Shown: positions 57,901-64,000 of the stretch, in pieces | Numbering within the stretch: the first letter of the stretch is position 1 | Layout of the letters: each line of letters opens with the position of its first letter | IMG/VR virus record: IMGVR_UViG_3300027914_001343 | Coordinates: 64,001 to 128,000 of that record | DNA length: 64,000 bases | Reading direction: 5' to 3' (one strand) | From: a virus | Lineage: Duplodnaviria; Caudoviricetes | Made by a program: the position numbers and the translations under genes | The notes under the pieces: model-generated | What the model was told of the DNA's origin: nothing | Database searches by the model: none | Seen by the model: only the letters and a program-made list of their open reading frames with translations

Positions 57901-59158
57901 GCGAATCGCAGCTATCGAATCTGGGTTTAGAGCAGGTGTGGTAGCCAAGGGAACTAACGCAACTGGTTTGTTCCAATTCTTGCCGAGTACGTGGAAAGAA
58001 TACACTTCCAGATTCAGTAAGAAGTTTGGAATTATGCCAGGAACACCAGCGACAGACCCAAGAGCTAACGCGCTGTTAGGCGCGGCTTTCCTTAGAGAAA
58101 ACGCTGATTACATCTCCAAAACCAAGGATAAGATTACTGACACTGATCTTTACATGGCGCACTTCCTTGGTAAAGGTGGCGCAGCGAAGTTCTTTAAAGC
58201 TAATCCGTCTATTTCTGGCCCTGCGTTTATGCCTAAGGAAGCACGGGCAAATCCAGACATTTTCTACAACAAAGGCACGCCTAGAACACTGAGCGAGATT
58301 TATCAATTGCTTAATGGTCGGATGCATGATGTTGTTAAACGTTTTGGTTTGTCTGGTGGCGGTGGTTCTGAAGCAATGTTGACTTCTGCGCCTACTCCAC
58401 AAGCAGCTGCTGCTCCTACAGCGCCTGCTGCGGCTGCAGCTCAGCCAGCTAAACCTGCCGCGGCCGCAGCTGCGGCAGCTGCGACGACAGCTAAACCTGC
58501 CGCGGCCGCAGCTGCGGCAGCTGCGACGACAGCTATGCCTAAATCAACAGCAACGGCAGATACGCCAATGATGCCAAATGAAGGCAAAACAGCAAAACCA
58601 CAAGGGAAGAAAGCGCAAGCAAGAATTCCTATTAGTGATCAAGCACCTGGTCTTACCGGTGTGGCTGAAGCTAGTCTGAGTATTGGTGGGGTTGGTTCTG
58701 GTTATGCGTCTAGTGCTAATGAAGCCAAAAAGCGGACTAAGCCTGTCGCGCCTGTTGAGACACCTAAAGCTGAAATTCCCACAAGTCCAGCAGAAGATCC
58801 AGCAGTTAAGGTCATTGGCGAAGGGTTCAATCCTAAACCAATTACACCTAAAGTGCCGGACATTCAGGTTCAGCAGAAGGTTCAGCAGGAGGCACTGCAA
58901 AAGACGTTTGGTTCTGTCGATGAAGTACTTAAGAAGTCACATGTTGAATTGGTTAAACAATCCAGCACGCTTGACAACATTCTGAAGGCTCTCATCAATA
59001 TGAAAGCGCTTGCGCAACCAGCCGTTAGTAAAGAAGCTGAGGTAAAGGATAGTTCACCTACGGCTGCGGCAAAACAAAAGCAGCCACAGACCATCAGAAG
59101 CACTTCTACTGGTGGAAAACTTCCGACGCCGCCAGTTTCAATGGCAAGGCCTGTTTGA
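51968..59158 (+). CDS. Tail-associated lytic transglycosylase / tape-measure-like protein (phiKZ gp181-like)
   Basis: 2396 aa; SLT motifs AIESG, ATGLFQF...TW and YMAHFLG near the C-terminus; Gly/Ala hydrophobic membrane segment; divergent from vRNAP. Confidence 0.9.
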   Translation: MASKDQFVVDDFNFDNELAFPDFGGEGNGFTVKDDRSPVTKFASGFGEGMKDALTSEAFIRTAVKTALPRGYGQALDMTGEVTSSVKDLYNSTAQELKPVIKDLRRITGRVLPDAEKFLPKSVADKLREFSKDPDERSGSDFDPREASIQGSLGEVFQMQAETEAKKEKTDDTKDKLREGVQQLRFRSEMHELDAIRIGVQQLASYQDKVGVNFQRKSLELQYRQYFVAMDALQEAKTQGELFKEALPVIAKNTGLPDYVKKTPMESMKEIMRNKFIESMNDGIFDKRRNFVRNFTRNLTKTIKNKVAQSASDFQMALAGGEMMLDAAEMQKEMGGEFDGYGMAGNMAANTVVDSFGAKYGKKLREYIEESNAGKPIVGLGNKLIYGATNLAQEAGMWAKSDKNSNIPFVDLIKETINSTLGRQDNSLDVDDLGNLQEPMPFNRRTAKSINEIIPGLLARIHREIKILRTGDENAELVSYDFSSNKFSTEEKVQKKIFTEVIKQENKASIERDVREIVDLVDKDKKLSPEERKILGEFMLKDNVEGHGVSHSRRLTDVTSYEGKFSKDAEMLAEAFKRYFEKDEVGNKQIALSSKYAQLGDRISDSRKKIQEFSLAGQQELLGRLGLITEDFDAVAQKNINNMHYENLGKTSEEEYQELQAKNVESVSSEGDAISKKAGKPYSRKARGRTPIEEEKQKPEFNAGIKQEPIKLNVKDLKLDLGEVVGALGENRSVEEKQLAMLEKIEERLNAGIKFINMNGISEAMGDGMTSLKEGLKKGKRWWNESVLENMKSLGSGAWNLGGKAVGAVSEGFNRTKKWGGKGIEKVKEWWADDLWLPGETVPRLLAWKMEAGHYIDEASGKVIKSAKDITSNVIDTTLPAGQQIVLQATDRFKIEARTIGGKIKNIAKALGGGFLKKGKELYDKLPAAYATALGIGKKIVQKVWGVLDGPVDVYVKGRLEQPALTALGMRSGYYRSKMTGKAIEKVSDIDGPVIAADSGDVLLTHDDIAKGLVDKNGKPIRHGLGKLFGMGKDLVKGAVRSVMKAGSAVAGWLRNSLGSVREFFAGMLGPDGLLFGGAGQMVDHLAAIRQILDDRLPGGSKKVEGDADGDGVRDGSAADQRRKRKPKGKTESVARPDEKPGVFGKMQGFFDRIAKRFEDKDEDSDEGGIDVDIDTDGGSDRRKSRKQRLKDKARHAKDRTVEKLKELREKTKPHLDEAKEKAKDKIQEAREKGKIKAEEAREKAKTKYAEGKAKAKGYWETTREKLKEKADARKALKAEKAAAKAAAKKPSFGGRMARAGMRGLGKGAWGLAKGVGSVGMGAARVVGATGSLLNAGISGGASLLGRGLMMGASALAPVAGAAVSAVGSAVGAGLGLAGSALAGVGAILASPVVLGALAVGAVAAGGYFAYKYFTRNKLDDWSKLRYIQYGFAADKNDWVSKVFELEDLLLPYITYDQQGNAAFHVSSLDDKVKEKLKDNIKAFGVSFDKQDQVENWLHWFDARFRPVYLTHLTALKKTKDKVPLSDVGDKLSAVERKKYFDLAKFPDGPYGAAYSPTPELKSLPSGAKEVKAYVDQMQPKIDKEAADEEKKGKDGGKSKNAATRAAIAASDSVSDPVAQKAQASKPGEKDAKPGTPGAKPATPKAGAPAAAAVAAAVAGGGKDTGAIKVEATAKPIGGVIGGIVSGVDAVRYKAYGIKEMEADKLSVITTLEAEVVSFIKIDGKKVVSWNGSPEAMFNKHGAAFGVDLSDSNHKASWMSWFTERFLPTYLNYLTLLFSATNKSDVNAARVALKDQAAVDVAMGVLNTSVAGKSVWLNGRSPWPGYELNGNVNSTDKNIAGLKDQAKQAVLNEQQSVDRKGTKDGSDKKSANGANQDGNKNQDADKTKDQGFFKDMVSGAKDALSSVKSGYGKAMDALGFSNHSEEYGQGTVVNMPTKGTGGKYDEVPVPTGDGNAPALAPTINAAAKIVGVDPSLMMRIAAIESGFRAGVVAKGTNATGLFQFLPSTWKEYTSRFSKKFGIMPGTPATDPRANALLGAAFLRENADYISKTKDKITDTDLYMAHFLGKGGAAKFFKANPSISGPAFMPKEARANPDIFYNKGTPRTLSEIYQLLNGRMHDVVKRFGLSGGGGSEAMLTSAPTPQAAAAPTAPAAAAAQPAKPAAAAAAAAATTAKPAAAAAAAAATTAMPKSTATADTPMMPNEGKTAKPQGKKAQARIPISDQAPGLTGVAEASLSIGGVGSGYASSANEAKKRTKPVAPVETPKAEIPTSPAEDPAVKVIGEGFNPKPITPKVPDIQVQQKVQQEALQKTFGSVDEVLKKSHVELVKQSSTLDNILKALINMKALAQPAVSKEAEVKDSSPTAAAKQKQPQTIRSTSTGGKLPTPPVSMARPV
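58446..58535. repeat. Perfect 42-bp tandem duplication in an Ala-rich linker
   Basis: CAGCTAAACCTGCCGCGGCCGCAGCTGCGGCAGCTGCGACGA twice, plus CAGCTA. Confidence 0.92.
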
Positions 59159-59164
59159 GATAAG

Positions 59165-59199
59165 CCTGGGGAGGGAAACTTCCCCAGGTTTTATTTTGC
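59165..59199 (+). terminator. Intrinsic terminator
   Basis: CCTGGGGAG-GGAAA-CTTCCCCAGG followed by TTTTATTTT. Confidence 0.8.
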
Positions 59200-59219
59200 T
59201 TTATTTTGGAGTAAAAGAA

Positions 59220-61340
59220 ATGGCTAGTCCAAGAATTAAGAACAGTCACTGGATTCGACAGTCGTTTCTTGTTGAGTCAAAACAACTGGAGACGGTTGAT
59301 AAACAAAACAGATTCTTCAGTACAGTTTCATTGAAGTTTACCGACACTACGCCCGGCGGTAGCATTGCTATTAATCCGCCACCACAGTTTACGCGCTATG
59401 CTGACTTACGCCCTGTAAATGGCGGCACAGCTAACCCAAGAACAAAAGCAGGTATTTTGGCTAATGGTAGTATGGGGATGGGTCGTTACTATAGCGAAGC
59501 TATTGACGACAATTCCCAAATCATCAGCATGCGTTTCGGTGTACCCGAATACAACAGCATGACTACTTTCTTTACTGGCTTCTATAATTCAGGCGCTGGT
59601 AAACTTGCACGCACTGGTCGCGCACCAGGTATCTTTTATACGCTCGGGCGAGCAGCTGGTTTTGTGGTTAGTATCTGCGCATGGAAACTCCTGGCAGTCC
59701 ATATGCTCGGTGTTGGGTACAAATTCGTTACTGAAAAACCGACCACGAAATACTATTACTTAAAACCAACTATGGCGCTTTACTGGAACGCAGTACAGAC
59801 GATTGTTAACCAGATCGCAGTTAACCGCGGCATGGTTCCTCGTGTTGGTGATCCGGACGTCGTTAGAAAGATTGGCGGCGACTATCAATTCGATAAAGAA
59901 GCACGGGCAAAAATGCACAGTATTCTGCCGGAGATTTTTACCGAAGGCGGCAGTATTAATGTTTACGCAGTAGCTAACAGGGCTCAACGTTTGGCTAGAG
60001 CATACGAAAAACTGCTTGAACAGCGACTCAATGGTGATAACTTCGATGTAGGTAAAGCTATTGTCGAAGTGCAAAAAGAAATTCAGCAAAATAAGCTTTC
60101 TCCAACCGGTAAAGGCGTTTGGTCTAACAGTACGACAAACGACACTGGCGAAATCACTAAATGCGGTGATGGTTATTTGGAAAAATGGTTTAATTCATCT
60201 CTAGGTGAAGAGGGTGCCGCTGCCACTGGTAAAACAAACGGCGAAAGTGCCATAACTCTTAGTACTGATGATACTGAAAATAAGATCACTATCAATAGCA
60301 AGAAACAGGCTTGGTACAGCCGCTTAAAGGATTTTGCCGATGCAGAACTCGACGATGGTTCTATGTTTGCTACTTTCAGAGTGAACGCTACTGGCTCCAT
60401 TAACGAAAGCTTCAGTAACTCTGTGACTGATTCTGACATCCAAAGCAAAATTAATGGGATGTCTAGTTCAGCTAGAGAGACAAACTTTAGTTTCGCTAAT
60501 GGTAATCTAGCCAGCGGCGTTATTGGCGACATGATCGGCGGTGTCTTCAACACGTTCAAAGACTTTGCAAGTGGTGTTGCTGACAGCCTTAAAATTAGCG
60601 GTTTGGCTTCTCTTGGCGGTGCGGCTTTTGTTGATATTCCAAAACACTGGCAAGATTCCTCAGCTAGTCTGCCAAGAATGAACTACACCATTAATTTGGT
60701 AACGCCTTATGGTAACCCAATGTCGCAGCTGATGAATATTTATATTCCTCTCGCTATGTTGCTTGCTGGTGCTCTTCCTCTTTCCACTGGTCGTCATTCC
60801 TACACAAGTCCATTTATTTGCGAACTCTTTGATAAGGGTCGTTGCCAAACCCGTTTGGGTATGATTGATAGCCTTTCCATTACTCGCGGTACTGGCAATA
60901 CTGGCTTCACTCGCGATGGACATGCTTTAGGGGTGGAAGTAAGCTTCTCAGTTGTGGATTTGTCTTCAATCATGCACATGCCTATTTCGATGGGTTTCAC
61001 TACTTCTGACATTATCAGTATTACTGGTGGCGCAGCACTGGGCGCTGCTGGAGGTATGTCTATCGCTGGTGCTATCGGTGGTCTTTTAGGTGCTGGTTTC
61101 GGCGCAGCTATTGGTGCTGGTGCTTTTGATGACGGAACTGTGTTTTCTGACTACTTGGCTGTTCTTGCTGGGATGGGGCTTGCTGATCAGATTTATCCGC
61201 TCAACAAGATCCAAATGAACCTAACAAGAAAAGCCGCGCAGTTTGATACATGGGCAAGCATTCCGCACTTTGCATCATGGGCTGGTGATACAATTCCAGG
61301 CAGAGTTATGAGTGCGTTCTACAAGGGCGTTAAACGATAG
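59220..61340 (+). CDS. Virion tail/baseplate protein (phiKZ gp182-like)
   Basis: 706 aa from ATG 59220; FTDTTPGG, GMGRYYSEAID, SYTSPF and LGMIDSLSITRG motifs. Confidence 0.78.
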   Translation: MASPRIKNSHWIRQSFLVESKQLETVDKQNRFFSTVSLKFTDTTPGGSIAINPPPQFTRYADLRPVNGGTANPRTKAGILANGSMGMGRYYSEAIDDNSQIISMRFGVPEYNSMTTFFTGFYNSGAGKLARTGRAPGIFYTLGRAAGFVVSICAWKLLAVHMLGVGYKFVTEKPTTKYYYLKPTMALYWNAVQTIVNQIAVNRGMVPRVGDPDVVRKIGGDYQFDKEARAKMHSILPEIFTEGGSINVYAVANRAQRLARAYEKLLEQRLNGDNFDVGKAIVEVQKEIQQNKLSPTGKGVWSNSTTNDTGEITKCGDGYLEKWFNSSLGEEGAAATGKTNGESAITLSTDDTENKITINSKKQAWYSRLKDFADAELDDGSMFATFRVNATGSINESFSNSVTDSDIQSKINGMSSSARETNFSFANGNLASGVIGDMIGGVFNTFKDFASGVADSLKISGLASLGGAAFVDIPKHWQDSSASLPRMNYTINLVTPYGNPMSQLMNIYIPLAMLLAGALPLSTGRHSYTSPFICELFDKGRCQTRLGMIDSLSITRGTGNTGFTRDGHALGVEVSFSVVDLSSIMHMPISMGFTTSDIISITGGAALGAAGGMSIAGAIGGLLGAGFGAAIGAGAFDDGTVFSDYLAVLAGMGLADQIYPLNKIQMNLTRKAAQFDTWASIPHFASWAGDTIPGRVMSAFYKGVKR

Positions 61341-61378
61341 GGCATAGAGGGCGGGAATTTCCCGCCCTCGTTTTATGA
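61341..61378. terminator. Bidirectional hairpin flanked by GGCATA/TTATG
   Basis: GGCATA-GAGGGCGGGAA-T-TTCCCGCCCTC-GTTTTATG. Confidence 0.8.
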
Positions 61379-62470
61379 CGCAGTAACCGCCACTACGTTG
61401 GATTTCGGAGATACTTCCGGGAAAGCACTAGCGAGATTTGTTAGAACTTCTTCCGTCTGAAACAGCGTCGCTACAGCAAGAATCTTCCTACTGTCTTCAT
61501 CTTCAATCCTACAACCAGAAATCATGATTGTCTTAAAATCAGCGCTACCATAAGCAAACGGAATAGCATTAATGTATTCGACCGTTTCTAGTGAAGTACG
61601 TTTGATTGAGGTGGTCCGCCAGTTCGGATCAATTATGTCAAACACAGTGTAAATTTCTGCAGCAAGCGTTGTGTAGCTGTCCGTGGTTTTTGGGATGCTG
61701 TAAGCTTTTGCTAACTCTCTAATGATAACTGGATTAAGCTTAAGTATGCCGCCAGTTCCGAGAGTAGAACAAATATCCTTAATGGTTAAAAGATCAGAGC
61801 ATTTAATCACCGTAGGTAAAACAAGAACAGTAATCTTCTTTATGCTTTCGTCGTCACCACTGAATTGCTTAATGATGTCAAGATAAGTACCATGAACGCC
61901 AGCATTTACAGCTGTAATGATCGTCGAGGCAGCTACTGCAATCCTGGTTTGCAGATCATAGACTGCAGTTTTGCTAGATCCAAGAAAGGCCGAGATCTGT
62001 CCAATGATTTTTCTTACTTGTTCTACTTGACCGTGAATCTTCTTTTCAACACCATTAATCTGGACACGGACGTCACTTACTTTCTGGTAGCCAGATTGTG
62101 CTGTCTCTACGAGCTTGGTTACGTTAGTAACTACCTCAGATTCAATACCTAGATTCTTAAGACCAGACTTAAGAGCATCAGTAGAAGCAAGAATTCGAGC
62201 AGCACCAGTGGCTTTGTCAATCTTAGCTTTCGAATCAAGAACAAAATTCTTAGCATTCTGAACTTTATCGATCTGTGCTTGTGATTGTTTGATATAACTC
62301 TCAGTAGTGGCTGTAATGTTGCTGCGCCAAGATTCTACTGTGTTTACTGTTTTGTTAGCTGCAGTAGTGATCGTTTCCGTGTAAACATCAACTGGAGCCA
62401 GTGCGTCCTTAGCAGTGGAAACCCATGTTGGTTTCGCCAGTCCTGGTTTGTCTTTCTCATTAGTGGCCAT
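61373..62470 (-). CDS. Probable virion structural protein
   Basis: 365 aa; LAPVDVY N-terminal motif and helical coiled region. Confidence 0.65.
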   Translation of the reverse strand: MATNEKDKPGLAKPTWVSTAKDALAPVDVYTETITTAANKTVNTVESWRSNITATTESYIKQSQAQIDKVQNAKNFVLDSKAKIDKATGAARILASTDALKSGLKNLGIESEVVTNVTKLVETAQSGYQKVSDVRVQINGVEKKIHGQVEQVRKIIGQISAFLGSSKTAVYDLQTRIAVAASTIITAVNAGVHGTYLDIIKQFSGDDESIKKITVLVLPTVIKCSDLLTIKDICSTLGTGGILKLNPVIIRELAKAYSIPKTTDSYTTLAAEIYTVFDIIDPNWRTTSIKRTSLETVEYINAIPFAYGSADFKTIMISGCRIEDEDSRKILAVATLFQTEEVLTNLASAFPEVSPKSNVVAVTAS

Positions 62471-62486
62471 TATGTAAGTTCCAATG

Positions 62487-62524
62487 CAAAAAAAAAAAGA
62501 GGGAGCCCTAAGGCCCCTCTTTTT
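62487..62524 (-). terminator. Intrinsic terminator
   Basis: AGAGGG...CCCTCT hairpin with T12 on the minus strand. Confidence 0.75.
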
Positions 62525-63054
62525 TAATCAAATAACACCCCCTCGTAATTTGGGGTCTTAGGCGCAATACCGTTCTTTAACTGAGTACGAAGCTCAGTAA
62601 GACCGGAAACAAGCCAGCCGCTAATTTGCGGACGAACTTGTACACCGATCACAGGAACAGTCTTGCTGATCTCGATGTAATAGTGATCAAACGGCAAATC
62701 ACTATTTACGAACATTTCATAAAGATGTTCGTGCTGAACTATCTTCAGATAAGTCGCTTCGATGATCAGTGCTCGGAAATCTTTAATCTTCCGACCGCCT
62801 TGATAGTTGCTTGCTTTCTTCGCTTTCATACCGTGCAAAAAGCGGAAGCGTTCCCGATCTTGTGGAAACGGGTAGCGCAGCCATGCCCAATAAGCTTCGA
62901 CACTTCCGAATGGCCCAAAGACAGGATGTCTGAAACCAATCGCTGCGATGTGACATAAGTCACGCCCGAGCTCCGTTTGACCTCGCAAGTCAATGTTGAT
63001 GTGATCAACACCATCGCGTGTCACTACTTCCGGGAGTTCTGCGATTGCGTTCAT
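62524..63054 (-). CDS. NADAR-like (T4 gp30.3-type) protein
   Basis: 176 aa from ATG 63054 (AAAGGA RBS); DGVDHINI, TELGRDL, FGSVEAYWAWL, LHGMKAK and SDLPFDHYY motifs. Confidence 0.6.
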   Translation of the reverse strand: MNAIAELPEVVTRDGVDHINIDLRGQTELGRDLCHIAAIGFRHPVFGPFGSVEAYWAWLRYPFPQDRERFRFLHGMKAKKASNYQGGRKIKDFRALIIEATYLKIVQHEHLYEMFVNSDLPFDHYYIEISKTVPVIGVQVRPQISGWLVSGLTELRTQLKNGIAPKTPNYEGVLFD

Positions 63055-63055
63055 T

Positions 63056-63643
63056 CTATTTCCTTTCTGATCCGGTTTCGTCCCAGGGCGCGGTTTCATC
63101 CCCAGGTAGCCGTGTCGTTGTTGGCGGGGGATCTCCGATAGCCCCGCTGGTTGTAGGTGGTCCGGCATCGTTGGTATTACGCCGGTTAGAAAGATTGTTA
63201 CTGCTCTTGCGGCTCTTTTGAGATTCATTACGAAATCCTCCAAACTGTATAGTTGGTTCGTCGCTCCCAAAGTTCACTGTTTCGGTATGGATACTGGTTC
63301 GGCCGTCCTGATAATACGCCTTAATCGAGAACTCGAACTTAACTACACCGAAAAATCTCAAGGAATTCAAAAAGACTTTCCACGTCATCTGATATTTTGT
63401 AAATTCCTTGATCAGGTTTCCCCTTCTGGATGTCCTATCCTTGGGGGTATTCGGGACGCAATTTTTCGGGTCCGCGAGATATTTCTCCATCAGCAAATTC
63501 CACCGATGGAGAGAGTGTTGAGATGCAATTCCCAGGTCCGCCATCATAGTGACGAACATACGGAAGAGAGCCGCACCTGGCCCTCGTGCCCTTCGTTTCG
63601 CGGCGTCTGGGTCACCGAGAATAGGACTTAACTGTTTTGACAT
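63056..63643 (-). CDS. Conserved hypothetical protein
   Basis: 195 aa; RGNLIKEF and MTWKVFLNSLRF motifs; AAACAAGGAG RBS; disordered C-tail. Confidence 0.7.
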   Translation of the reverse strand: MSKQLSPILGDPDAAKRRARGPGAALFRMFVTMMADLGIASQHSLHRWNLLMEKYLADPKNCVPNTPKDRTSRRGNLIKEFTKYQMTWKVFLNSLRFFGVVKFEFSIKAYYQDGRTSIHTETVNFGSDEPTIQFGGFRNESQKSRKSSNNLSNRRNTNDAGPPTTSGAIGDPPPTTTRLPGDETAPWDETGSERK

Positions 63644-63704
63644 TCTTTGCTCCTTGTTTAGAATTGTTCACCAGTTATTGAACTGTGCCGTACACACACT
63701 GAAG

Positions 63705-64000
63705 TCACATTGCTGATTTGAGCAATGTGTTTGAGATCATCTCAAGGTCTCGCAGAAACTTTTGACATACGCGATAGTTATATCCGCCAACACCCACTTG
63801 TTCAGCCGATAGCAGCTGCATTAACTCACAGAAGCGGAGCGCCTGCATTTTAAACGTCGCGCCAGTTTTAATTGGGTCGACGTAATAACCATCATTGTTT
63901 ACACAGATAAATGTATCCAACGTACTGCTAATGTAATCGGTCGGAATAAGGCTTTTATCGACCTTGGTATTGGATTCAAGGAATTTACAGATCTGCTTCA
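63705..64000 (-). CDS. 3' end of a hypothetical protein, truncated by the window edge
   Basis: Reading frame of ORF 63705-63920 appears to stay open to the window end. Confidence 0.55.
   Translation of the reverse strand, partial: KQICKFLESNTKVDKSLIPTDYISSTLDTFICVNNDGYYVDPIKTGATFKMQALRFCELMQLLSAEQVGVGGYNYRVCQKFLRDLEMISNTLLKSAM

Noticed and set aside
63054-63270. Two overlapping open frames suggesting a frameshift fusion of ORF 63056-63643 with the NADAR-like gene
   Set aside because: No clear slippery site, and the downstream gene has its own RBS and ATG at 63054.

Overview
This window is a segment of a nucleus-forming, phiKZ-related jumbo phage genome (Chimalliviridae-like). phiKZ gene numbers are assigned from recalled family motifs and gene order, not from a database search. 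Left to right: (1) the 3' end of a low-GC lectin-like gene; (2) the minus-strand phage-nucleus block, in transcription order family-B DNA polymerase, chimallin (ChmA), non-virion RNAP beta' N-half, SbcD-like nuclease, ChmC-like RNA-binding protein, sigma-like nvRNAP subunit, PicA/Imp1 and a gp70-like protein; (3) six small genes that look like divergent tandem paralogues; (4) tubulin PhuZ; (5) virion genes, terminase, baseplate genes, tail sheath and tail tube; (6) a low-GC receptor-binding-like insert and an early operon of unknown genes; (7) head protease, virion RNAP beta and beta', a 2396-aa tail lytic transglycosylase and neighbours. No tRNA, rRNA, CRISPR array, intron or transposase was recognised. 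The most novel signals are: a ~340-nt structured ncRNA candidate (16483-16821, minus) whose hairpin loops are complementary to the ribosome-binding leaders of the nucleus and spindle genes; a second ~300-nt structured RNA downstream of phuZ; a hairpin+TATG terminator signature; an NFGRGG motif shared by ChmA and the gp70-like protein; a possible internal ChmA start; and the six-gene paralogue array.
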